DNA from: Candidatus Nitrospira kreftii
GTDB taxonomy: Bacteria > Nitrospirota > Nitrospiria > Nitrospirales > Nitrospiraceae
Direction: 5' to 3'
Assembly: GCA_014058405.1 (NCBI GenBank)
Contig: CP047423.1
Coordinates: 2,565,777 to 2,629,776, forward strand
Length of the DNA: 64,000 nucleotides
Part shown: in pieces, positions 37,307-45,549 of the stretch
Numbering within the stretch: position 1 is the first letter of the stretch
How the letters are laid out: each line of letters begins with the position of its first letter
The notes under the pieces: model-generated
Database searches by the model: none
What the model was told of the DNA's origin: nothing
The model's input: the letters and a program-made list of their open reading frames with translations, nothing else
Translations under genes and position numbers: made by a program

Positions 37307-38515
37307 TCATGACGTGAGGGCGTCCCACTTCCGTCTGCGGCGGGACTCGCCGCTTTCACGCCCGCCCTGTCGGTCGCGTGAAATGTTGAGTAAGATTCCG
37401 ACGCCGAACAGATTGGCGAGCAAGGAGGATCCACCATAGCTCACAAACGGTAGGGTCAATCCCTTGGTCGGCAAGAGGCCGGTGACCACTCCAGCATTGA
37501 TCAACGCTTGCGTACCAATCAACATGGTGATACCCATGGCAAGATAGCGGCCAAATGGAGTCCGTGCGCGCTCTGCAATCTGAAATCCCTTGAGGATGAG
37601 CAAGCAGTATAACAGCATGATCGTCACGCTGCCGATCAGCCCGAGCTCCTCCCCTATCACCGCCAAGATGAAATCGGTATGCGGCTCAGGCAAAAAAAAC
37701 AACTTCTGCTGTCCCTTGCCAAGACCCACACCGAATATTCCGCCACTCCCGAAGGCCAAGACCGACTGCAGCACTTGATAGCTCGCATCGGAGGGATCCT
37801 GTACGCCGCGCCAGTATGCCACTATGCGGCCCCATTGATAACTTGATCTAAAAATCAATGCCGCCACGGCCAGCAGGATGCTCAATGATAAAAGTCCTAA
37901 GTGCTTGATGTGTGCTCCCCCGAGAAATAACAGCATCACCACGACCACGCTGAGTACGACCACCGTCCCCAAGTCCGGCTCTAAGAGCACCAACGTGCTG
38001 AGTACGCCAAGAACAATCAAAGGAGGCAGCAGCCCACGTGCAAAGTGGGTGAATTGGTCCTGCTTCTTGCTAATATAGGCAGCGAGATACATGACCATGA
38101 CAAATTTGGTGAGTTCGACCGGCTGAATGTTGATTTCGCCGATATGCAGCCATCGACGTGCCCCCTTAGCGGCACTTCCGAGCGAAGGGATGAGCACCAG
38201 TATCAATAGCACCGTTGTCAGGAACAGCAGGGGGACAGACAGTGGTTTCCACAGAACGTAATCGGTCCTGGACACCACATGCATGACCAAAAGCCCGGCG
38301 CTCAACCAGATCAGTTGGCGTTTAAAAAAATACAACGAGTCGTTGTACTTGGCCGCCGCCACCACTCCACTTGCGCTGAACACCATCACCACGCCCACGA
38401 GAGCCAAAATGACCGAGACGCCCAAGAGCGCTGGGTCCACTGGCACGTATTTGGGCGCTCGCCCGGAGGCGAAGCCGCCAGGGCTAACTGAGCGTTGAAA
38501 ACGCATTCTGTCCAA
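37307..38515 (-). CDS. SEDS-family peptidoglycan glycosyltransferase (FtsW/RodA/SpoVE paralogue)
   Basis: 402 aa, about 10 TM helices, with 'GLGKGQQKLFFLPEPHTDFILAVIGEELG' and 'LPFVSYGGSSLL'. Confidence 0.85.
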   Translation of the reverse strand: MDRMRFQRSVSPGGFASGRAPKYVPVDPALLGVSVILALVGVVMVFSASGVVAAAKYNDSLYFFKRQLIWLSAGLLVMHVVSRTDYVLWKPLSVPLLFLTTVLLILVLIPSLGSAAKGARRWLHIGEINIQPVELTKFVMVMYLAAYISKKQDQFTHFARGLLPPLIVLGVLSTLVLLEPDLGTVVVLSVVVVMLLFLGGAHIKHLGLLSLSILLAVAALIFRSSYQWGRIVAYWRGVQDPSDASYQVLQSVLAFGSGGIFGVGLGKGQQKLFFLPEPHTDFILAVIGEELGLIGSVTIMLLYCLLILKGFQIAERARTPFGRYLAMGITMLIGTQALINAGVVTGLLPTKGLTLPFVSYGGSSLLANLFGVGILLNISRDRQGGRESGESRRRRKWDALTS

Positions 38516-38928
38516 CCGTGCAACCGTCCTTCGCGCTAGCGCGCTTTACAACTGCAGTGCCGTACCAAGGTCTTGAATGATACCCTGCTCCTTTGTCTAA
38601 AGAGGTGTGTGCACTTAAACCTAAACCCAGAACAGGGCAAAGCTTTTTAAGAGCGTTGACATCGAGTGCCGCGTTACTTTAACTATTCTAAGAGAAGACG
38701 AGCTGTTATTCTCAGGCTTGATGAAAGGAGCATTGCGTATTGCGACGTAGGACTCTTCCCCTGTAATTCCATGAGATCATTACAACCAAGCAGCGCCTCA
38801 GGCAGCTCGAACAAACCAATGCATAGTAACTTGACCTGCCTCAGACGCGAAGTCACCCACTCATGTAAAAAACCTCAAAACCTACAGCACCCTTTGATTG
38901 ACTTATTGCACTAGCAATAACGCCTAAC

Positions 38929-39492
38929 TTATTTCAACCGTGACAAAATCAACTCAGCCACTCTCCCCTCAACGTCGATGAAGGTTTCATCGCGAGGAGC
39001 ACGCGTGTAGGGTTGAAAACGCACAGAAAAGACAATATTTTCCTTACGGACGAACAGCGCAGAAGACTCATAAGTCTCATCCCCTAGCCCTTCTATGAGC
39101 ATTACCTTTTCGTCGTGAATGGGTTCTGCTACGACGTGCAACCACTCTTTAGCCTTGCTGATAGAGTTCTCTGACCAAAAAGTGACGACAATCATCATGA
39201 CGTTTCTTTGAGTTCCGGTGTCCAGTTTCCGTGCTGGTGGAGCAATCCAAGAACACAGAGTCGAATTAGCCATATCGAAGAGTTTCTTGCCAGCATCACC
39301 TTTGGGATCATCTCTGAAATTCGCCCCAAGCTTGTGGTTGATGTCAGATACACGAATCAAGCTACATGGATCACGCGGCAGTAAAAGCGCGGCTAATACG
39401 GCTTCTTCCATTACGAGACTGTACACAACAATCCAGACAAGCAACGCATAAGGTTTGGTGAAATACTGTTGTAATAATCTCATAGAATTCAT
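38929..39492 (-). CDS. hypothetical N-terminally anchored protein
   Basis: 187-aa ORF with one N-terminal hydrophobic helix 'YALLVWIVVYSLVM'. I recognise no family. Confidence 0.45.
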   Translation of the reverse strand: MNSMRLLQQYFTKPYALLVWIVVYSLVMEEAVLAALLLPRDPCSLIRVSDINHKLGANFRDDPKGDAGKKLFDMANSTLCSWIAPPARKLDTGTQRNVMMIVVTFWSENSISKAKEWLHVVAEPIHDEKVMLIEGLGDETYESSALFVRKENIVFSVRFQPYTRAPRDETFIDVEGRVAELILSRLK

Positions 39493-39580
39493 CCCCCTGT
39501 TCCAGCTCCAGCAGCGTCACCATTTCCCGATGGTCCTTCCCAGCCGCCACGTAGAGCCGGGGATGCCAAACAACGGCAAC

Positions 39581-40297
39581 TCAGTTATCACCGGATTGGA
39601 GTAGCCAGACTTGAATCAAGATTCCTGCCAGGCCCACACCTCCAAATACAACCGCGACTTTCGCTAATACCACCCAAACAAAAGAGCCGATGTATTTATT
39701 GGCAGCACGCCATGCTCCTATTAACACCAGTGTTTCATACGCTGTATATATGAGCAATATGATAGCAAGCAATCCAATGGACGTAATAAGGTTCATTGCG
39801 AGGCCTACAGCAAATCCAACTGCCACTCCGTATAACCAGTAAGTCCTGGCTAAGCCGAATTCTCCAGTCACTAGCCTGCCAAAGAAGCCCCAAAGAAAAA
39901 TGATACCGGTGCCTCCCCCTAGAATCCACCAGAAAGAAAAGCCAGACAGAATATCATAGGCTGATAATGAAGGTTCTGAAGAAAGACCTTCAGGAATAAC
40001 CTTCAGGGTTCTAAGGTTATCAACCGCCGATTGATCAATGTATTCACCCCGCTGGTCACTTTCTGGTCCGACGCCTATGACATATCCTTTGGTTTCTATG
40101 TACAACCCAAACACATAGAGAAAATGATGTTTTATTGTGCTATAGCCAAAATACGCGTCTTCGAGGCCAGGGATTTCAACAGATTGAATCTTATGCAGCT
40201 CTTCGATAGTCCCCCATGGAATCGGAATCTTGACTTTTGCTTCCACATTACTCGAAATACCAAAGAGTAGGATCAAAACAATGACCAATGCCTTCAT
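39581..40297 (-). CDS. hypothetical membrane protein (signal peptide, ~100-aa exported domain, 4 C-terminal TM helices)
   Basis: 238 aa with signal peptide 'MKALVIVLILLFGISSNVEA' and a Gly/aromatic-rich TM bundle at the C-terminus. Confidence 0.5.
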   Translation of the reverse strand: MKALVIVLILLFGISSNVEAKVKIPIPWGTIEELHKIQSVEIPGLEDAYFGYSTIKHHFLYVFGLYIETKGYVIGVGPESDQRGEYIDQSAVDNLRTLKVIPEGLSSEPSLSAYDILSGFSFWWILGGGTGIIFLWGFFGRLVTGEFGLARTYWLYGVAVGFAVGLAMNLITSIGLLAIILLIYTAYETLVLIGAWRAANKYIGSFVWVVLAKVAVVFGGVGLAGILIQVWLLQSGDN

Positions 40298-40425
40298 GGC
40301 TCGTCATCCTTTCTTGCCTTCGCTAGCAAACGTAGAAGTCCATCATGATATATCCTTGTCCAGTTTCTGGGGGATCACTTTCTTAAAGTAGAATCATTTG
40401 GCAGTATATTCTGGACGGAGAGGAT

Positions 40426-40842
40426 CTACGGCTTGTCTTTGAGTCGCTTTTCAATCGCTTCGAGGCGAAGAAGAATTTTCCCTATAACCACATCAAGAGA
40501 GTCTAACCTCTGGGAAATGGCGATTTTCTCTGCTTCGTGTAGCTTCTCGAATCGACTGAGTATAAGTTTGATCTCTTCTTGTCTCACGTGGAGTTCATGC
40601 GCCTGATGCTGAACCTGTTCCAATTGTCCTCGTACCTGAGGCAGTTCCTGTTCGCGCAGAATAGAAATTTTCTTGTCCTGTTGGTCTATAGCTCTTGACA
40701 GCGTCAAAATATACTGCTTGTGTTCCTTAATCTCTGACTGCTTTACGACACATCCGGACAGAGTTGCGACACAAAGCAGCGGAAGAAGCCATACTGAACG
40801 GCTAATTATTCTTTCTGAACGCTGACTCATTGGCAAATCCAT
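40426..40842 (-). CDS. coiled-coil lipoprotein
   Basis: 138 aa with lipobox 'LSGC' followed by heptad-rich sequence. It starts 12 nt after the kinase stop. Confidence 0.55.
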   Translation of the reverse strand: MDLPMSQRSERIISRSVWLLPLLCVATLSGCVVKQSEIKEHKQYILTLSRAIDQQDKKISILREQELPQVRGQLEQVQHQAHELHVRQEEIKLILSRFEKLHEAEKIAISQRLDSLDVVIGKILLRLEAIEKRLKDKP

Positions 40843-40854
40843 CCATTTCGGTAG

Positions 40855-43029
40855 TCAGTGCGTACGGGCTTGTTCACCTTTACGACGTGCTTCCTCTCGA
40901 ACCGAAGGCTCTTCGGTTAAAGCCTGTCGTCGGGCCTCATTCATCGCATGTCGTGCGCGTTCCTTCTCTTCAAAGCTTCTGATTATGTCCGCAAATTCTT
41001 TTTCCACTTTATTCGTCACTGCCCCATTCATACGTAAAATTTTGACCACGTCCTCATGCCCGTTGCTAGCAGCGAGATGGAGCGGAGACAAGCCATCCTG
41101 ATCCACCTGATTCACCGCAGCCCCCTTCGCCAAAAGCAGCTCGACCACGTCCCGATGCCCCTTCTCGGCAGCGACAAAGAGCGAAGACCAGCCCAACGTA
41201 TCTTCTGTCAGGTTCACCGCAGCCCCTTTCGCCAAAAGCAGCTCGACCACGTCCCGATGCCCCCTCTCGCTAGCCAGAAGGAGCGGTGACCTGCCTTCCA
41301 CGCCTGTCTGGTTCACCGCGGCCCCCTTCGCCAAAAGCAGCTCGACCACGTCCCGATGCCCCTCCCCGGCAGCGAGAAAGAGCGGAGCTTGGCCGAACTC
41401 ATCCATCTGGTTCACCGCCGCCCCCTTCTCCAAGAGCAGCTTCACGACATCCAACTCTCCCTTTGCAGCAAACTTGCGTAGGTCTGACGCATTCTTCTCG
41501 CGCGCAAGCTCAGCGCGCTTGTCTGCATCCAATTTCAACCCAGAAAAGCGTTGTGATCGCACAGGGTTTTGGGGAACCTGAGAAGCACCCACTTGTTCAG
41601 GGGCAACAGGTTCGACTATCGCCCGCTGGTCTGTCTTCTTCTGTACGAAAGTCGGAGATGGAGACGAGCCCGAGCGCTTTTCCTCCTGGGCGCTTGCGGA
41701 GCTCGGTTGTGACACAGCAGGGTTCTGACGGTCATCACGCCCTTCCATGAACAGCGACAAAGTAAAGAGAGCAACACATATTGAAATTGCAGTACTGATA
41801 TGTTGCCTTTGTGCATTCCACACTTTCTCCCAATATCCAGGCGCAGGGGATGGACCTGGTATAGGCGATTGGGGTGGTAATTGTGGCGTGACTGGCGTGG
41901 GCCTGACGGTCGACCCGTTGGACACCGGAGTTGATTGTGCTTGTGGAGCGCGTACTTGTGCGGTATTGCAGACGTGGCAAGGTTTGGAGAAATGTTCACT
42001 TCGGTTGTCGGCAGGACAGGGGCGTACCTTCTTAGTATAGGTAATTGTATTCCAATGGGCTATCCACTCTTCCGCGCTGGGTCTGTTGTGCTCAGGACCT
42101 AGGAAGGCCCGTCGAAAAAGCTGGAGCGTGTCCTCTTCCAAGAGATGTGTCTGGTCTCCCTTAGGCTCGAACCCCCTTCGCTTCGGGTCAATGGAGAACA
42201 AGTTCTGCATGATTCGCTCACTTACCCCAGTAGGTTCATTAGAAGAACAATGCCTTCCTGCGGTAGGGAGATTCCCGTTGTTGAAGAGCTGGAACAGTAG
42301 GACCGCGAGTCCGAATCTCACTTGCTTATCGTCAAAGAGATCGCAAGCGAAGTCAGATGGACTCTTCGGATCTCGGAATTCCGAGGCAACAGCATCGGGA
42401 TGGGCGGCTTCTGCGGGAATGATCTGCGTGCCGCTACGAATCGCGAATCCGTCGCAGTCAATGAGTGTGATCCATCCGGCGTTCTTATGAAGCCGGAAGT
42501 TATCTGGGTTGAAATCTACCACCAAGTGACCGGCCTGGCGAACGTAGTTGATCATGGCACACAAGTTCCTTGCTGCCGATACTCGAAAAGTCCAATCCTT
42601 GCGGAGACCTTGCCTGGCTCGACTGCTCTCGGTAGTCAGGCTGTATATGGAAATGGTGTTGTGAAAATCGACGGTTCTCATGGTGAACCCGATGATCTGG
42701 TCGTGCTCATCAAGGAGAATCCGTTGCGGCCAGGCAATCTGCACGATGCTCGCCCCGTCATGCTGAATACTCTGATGTGCTGGAGGTGCTGCAAGCATCG
42801 CCTGCACTTTGGGGGCAAGCTGGAGAACCCGCTCTTTCTCCTTAGAGGTCACATTCTTGTAGACTTTTACAACTTCGATTCCATTCTGCAGCTGAAAAAC
42901 TTCGCCGATGCTCCCTGAGTTCAGATAGGTGCCTGTAAGGGTCTCGACCGATCCATTCCCGTTCTTCAAGCGGAATCGTCTTGTACTTGCATTAGCCATT
43001 GCGCTTTGCCCACAGTAACGTACAGTCAT
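40855..43029 (-). CDS. Ser/Thr-kinase-like protein with TM helix and C-terminal ankyrin repeats (TerY-P-type kinase)
   Basis: 724 aa. Kinase motifs are 'GSIGEV' (G-loop), 'VVKVYK', 'VVDFNPDNF' (catalytic loop D..P.N) and 'IDCDGF' (DFG-like). A Pro-rich linker and a TM helix 'ISTAISICVALFTLSLFM' follow. At least 4 ANK repeats read '...GHRDVVELLLAKGAAVNQ...'. An alternative ATG lies at 42999. Confidence 0.75.
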   Translation of the reverse strand: MTVRYCGQSAMANASTRRFRLKNGNGSVETLTGTYLNSGSIGEVFQLQNGIEVVKVYKNVTSKEKERVLQLAPKVQAMLAAPPAHQSIQHDGASIVQIAWPQRILLDEHDQIIGFTMRTVDFHNTISIYSLTTESSRARQGLRKDWTFRVSAARNLCAMINYVRQAGHLVVDFNPDNFRLHKNAGWITLIDCDGFAIRSGTQIIPAEAAHPDAVASEFRDPKSPSDFACDLFDDKQVRFGLAVLLFQLFNNGNLPTAGRHCSSNEPTGVSERIMQNLFSIDPKRRGFEPKGDQTHLLEEDTLQLFRRAFLGPEHNRPSAEEWIAHWNTITYTKKVRPCPADNRSEHFSKPCHVCNTAQVRAPQAQSTPVSNGSTVRPTPVTPQLPPQSPIPGPSPAPGYWEKVWNAQRQHISTAISICVALFTLSLFMEGRDDRQNPAVSQPSSASAQEEKRSGSSPSPTFVQKKTDQRAIVEPVAPEQVGASQVPQNPVRSQRFSGLKLDADKRAELAREKNASDLRKFAAKGELDVVKLLLEKGAAVNQMDEFGQAPLFLAAGEGHRDVVELLLAKGAAVNQTGVEGRSPLLLASERGHRDVVELLLAKGAAVNLTEDTLGWSSLFVAAEKGHRDVVELLLAKGAAVNQVDQDGLSPLHLAASNGHEDVVKILRMNGAVTNKVEKEFADIIRSFEEKERARHAMNEARRQALTEEPSVREEARRKGEQARTH
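41040..41470 (-). repeat. tandem 99-102-nt repeats encoding the ankyrin array
   Basis: A 51-nt core, ttcaccgcNgccccYttcgccaaaagcagctcgaccacgtcccgatgcccc, starts at 41111, 41213 and 41312. Copies differ from each other by 1-2 nt. More diverged copies lie on each side. Confidence 0.8.
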
Positions 43030-43774
43030 CGCCGCTGGTTTTTCTGACCGTGGGTTGATTCAGTAACTCTGCTAAGGCTTCTTCCCCAACTTGACCAGGA
43101 TGCGCATGCAGAAAGTTGAGAATCGGTTCGTAGAAGCGAGGTTTGGGTTGCGCGTCGGGGCCAACCGCAAACGGAGAGAATCCATCTGTCATCAATAGGA
43201 TGGACGAAACCGCTGCGGCTTTCGAAATGACCACATTCTCTCGCCAATTCGAATCGGTCAAAAAGGAAGTGATATTCGCAAATTCACTTGGTGTGCCATG
43301 CGAAACGGCTCTGATCTTAGCTGGTGATGCGCCATCAAAAGCAATTGCCAATCCATCACCTAGATGAAAGAAGACACCGCCTTGGCCATACAGCACCGCG
43401 CCCACGATGGTCGCAGAATAGTCATGTAACTTCTCGCCATGCGACGCCGCTGCGTCTCCGAGTGCTTGGCGTCCTTCGGACATTGCGGTCATGATTGCGT
43501 TAGGCACCGATGTGCCAAAACCATCGGTCGCGATCCGATCCACAATTGTCTGAGCAGCAAGAATTGCTCCCTCACCTCCTCGCGAGGCACTACCTGCGCC
43601 ATCGGCCACTACAGCGATGCAGCATAACCCCTCAGACCAACAGCAAAAAGCGTCCTGACAGGCAGACTCTCGTTTCTCGTGCAATGCGCCTCGGACCGCA
43701 CTCGCGCAAACTCTCCAATGGTCTGCGCCAAACGACTGGTTCGCCGGACCTAATGCTGCGATACGATAGGCCAT
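42992..43774 (-). CDS. PP2C-family Ser/Thr phosphatase
   Basis: 260 aa with 'CIAVVADGAGSASRGGEGA' and 'ILLMTDGF'. It overlaps the kinase start. Confidence 0.75.
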   Translation of the reverse strand: MAYRIAALGPANQSFGADHWRVCASAVRGALHEKRESACQDAFCCWSEGLCCIAVVADGAGSASRGGEGAILAAQTIVDRIATDGFGTSVPNAIMTAMSEGRQALGDAAASHGEKLHDYSATIVGAVLYGQGGVFFHLGDGLAIAFDGASPAKIRAVSHGTPSEFANITSFLTDSNWRENVVISKAAAVSSILLMTDGFSPFAVGPDAQPKPRFYEPILNFLHAHPGQVGEEALAELLNQPTVRKTSGDDCTLLWAKRNG

Positions 43775-43783
43775 CGGTGTAAT

Positions 43784-44467
43784 CTAGTTGATCTCAACCT
43801 CTATGGTAGTGGCTGGGGGGGCAGGTAGCTGGAGGCTCTTTTGACCATCAGATGAGTTAGCAAGATTCAGTAAAGAGCCTGTTAGCCATTCTTTAAGGAG
43901 CTGTGCAACATTGTGTTCGGTAACAGAATAGACCGTTCCCTTTCTTCCGAAACGTGCGAGCACACGGGTGTCCGCTGGTGGAATTCCAAATGCAAAGCAC
44001 ACCAACCTTTTCTCGGTGATTAGCCTCTGAACGTTATCTGCCGCCTCTTGCCAATCATCCGTCGGCGCTCCGTCGCTCATTAGTACCATCCAGGGAATGG
44101 TGTAGGGAGTGCCGGCTGCCTTCAAGTCTTGACGTTGAAGCTCGAGCTCTCCTATGGCTGCAGTGACGGCATCTCCCATGGGTGTGTCCCCATCGGCAAC
44201 CAATGTTGGCACCGAGATGTTGTCCAATGATTGCCTCTGTATGGGAGCGTCCACTCGGCCACCAAATGTGATTACGGTCAGCAAAATGGAATCAGCGAGT
44301 CGGTCCTCCTTTTTTGCCGCGTCAATAAAATCTGCCAGCCCCTTGTTTAGTATTCCAATTCGGTTATTGGTTTGCATTGAACCAGACGTATCCAATACAA
44401 GAATGACTGGGGTCCGCTTGACTGCATCGGTTAATTCCGCATCAATTGCTGGCCTGCGATCGTTCAT
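43784..44467 (-). CDS. von Willebrand factor A domain protein (TerY-like)
   Basis: 227 aa with MIDAS motif 'VLDTSGSM', 'LTVITFGG' and 'LMSDGAPTD'. Confidence 0.8.
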   Translation of the reverse strand: MNDRRPAIDAELTDAVKRTPVILVLDTSGSMQTNNRIGILNKGLADFIDAAKKEDRLADSILLTVITFGGRVDAPIQRQSLDNISVPTLVADGDTPMGDAVTAAIGELELQRQDLKAAGTPYTIPWMVLMSDGAPTDDWQEAADNVQRLITEKRLVCFAFGIPPADTRVLARFGRKGTVYSVTEHNVAQLLKEWLTGSLLNLANSSDGQKSLQLPAPPATTIEVEIN

Positions 44468-44537
44468 TGAATTCCTACTCCTTTCCTTACTCCATATCTC
44501 CTAATATTTCTGGCAGTCGGTCAGTGAATTCGATCTG

Positions 44538-44933
44538 CTATCTCCGAGTTGGTTGACGCACGACGGTTTGCTGTTGTTTGTTCGCCTGGCTCGGAGCTTG
44601 CGTGCTTTTTGGCGCAGTCGTCGTTGCTTTGACTGCCTGGCGCTTCCGATCGAGGATCGCCTGGTCACGCGCCTGCTTGTCCTTGGCAAGGACTTCGGCG
44701 CGGACTTTGTTCTCCTTGGCAATCCGAGCCTCTTCTTGCCGTCTGATTTCTAGATCGCGTTGTTTCTGTTGCTCTGAACGCAGGGTGGCTGGGATTTGCC
44801 TGAACTGCACCTCGGCCCGTGCCTTGATCAGACGTGGCTTGACCTGGCGTTCCCAGACCTTACCTGTGGCGGTCGTGAGCGATTGTCCTACGACCTGCGC
44901 GCCTATGTTCCCGAGGAAGTCCGTCGGTTTCAT
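44538..44933 (-). CDS. hypothetical basic coiled-coil protein
   Basis: I trimmed the track ORF (44538..44990) to the ATG at 44933, which lies 1 nt after the upstream stop. The sequence is 'MKPTDFLGNIG...' followed by a Lys/Arg/Glu/Gln-rich helix. Confidence 0.5.
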   Translation of the reverse strand: MKPTDFLGNIGAQVVGQSLTTATGKVWERQVKPRLIKARAEVQFRQIPATLRSEQQKQRDLEIRRQEEARIAKENKVRAEVLAKDKQARDQAILDRKRQAVKATTTAPKSTQAPSQANKQQQTVVRQPTRR

Positions 44934-44934
44934 T

Positions 44935-45330
44935 TCAGGGCTTCCTGGCGGCGCGGTTAAAGCTCGGGGTAATCGAGGGCGTGTTCGCAAGGCCTCGTTT
45001 CATAGACTGGCTACGGGTGGCTTGATTGGTCCGTGCCTGATTCACTGCAGCACGCACGGCGCTGCGTTTCTTTTGCTCGACCATCGTCATATTTTGTGCG
45101 GGTTTGCTGGGACGCATACCGGGCGGATTGAGCACCAGTTTAGGCGTTGGCTGCTGCTTGTTCACGGGCCCGGCTGCCGCAGCATTAAACGTTGGCTTGA
45201 CTTTTGGAGCGGCTAGCGCGGCTGCGTTGAAAGACTTAGAGAGCGTAGGTTTTCCAAGGGAGGGGCTCCGATTTCCTTGGGCAGCTTTCCGTAGCTCTAG
45301 TGCGCGAGCGACTGGATCTTTCTTCTGCAT
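44935..45330 (-). CDS. hypothetical basic low-complexity protein
   Basis: 131 aa with a strong GGGAGGAGG RBS. It is Lys/Ala/Pro/Asn-rich and carries three '(S/T)FN(A/R)AA' motifs. Confidence 0.5.
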   Translation of the reverse strand: MQKKDPVARALELRKAAQGNRSPSLGKPTLSKSFNAAALAAPKVKPTFNAAAAGPVNKQQPTPKLVLNPPGMRPSKPAQNMTMVEQKKRSAVRAAVNQARTNQATRSQSMKRGLANTPSITPSFNRAARKP

Positions 45331-45455
45331 AATGCTGGAACCTCCTCCCTGATAAGACCAATTAATCCCAAACTGACTTGTTAAAGGCGATGGGTGGGCA
45401 GACTATACAGAATCCCTAATCTCCTTTTCCAGTAGCAGCTCGGGCCTGTTCGCCC

Positions 45456-45471
45456 CCCTACTTTAGTAGGG
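45456..45471. promoter_or_regulatory. 16-bp palindrome in the divergent control region (candidate operator)
   Basis: CCCTACT-tt-AGTAGGG has perfect 7-bp arms. It sits centrally in the 219-bp gap between the triad operon and the TraG-like gene. Confidence 0.3.
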
Positions 45472-45549
45472 AGGGTAACGGCGATACCGTTCTTGTAATA
45501 GTGGGCACTCCTAATATTGATAACTCATCAGTGACAAGCGAAAGGCACT

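Noticed and set aside
38571-38578. TCTTGAAT…CCTGC is present at both 38571 and 52459, suggesting possible att-like direct repeats flanking the island
   Set aside because: The match is only 8+5 nt and interrupted. The left copy would exclude the SEDS gene, and no integrase is present. It is compatible with chance.
38666-38914. 82-aa plus-strand ORF in the 413-bp gap upstream of the SEDS gene
   Set aside because: It has no RBS, a low-complexity Ser/Arg/Cys composition, and runs opposite to all neighbouring genes. It is probably non-coding promoter region.
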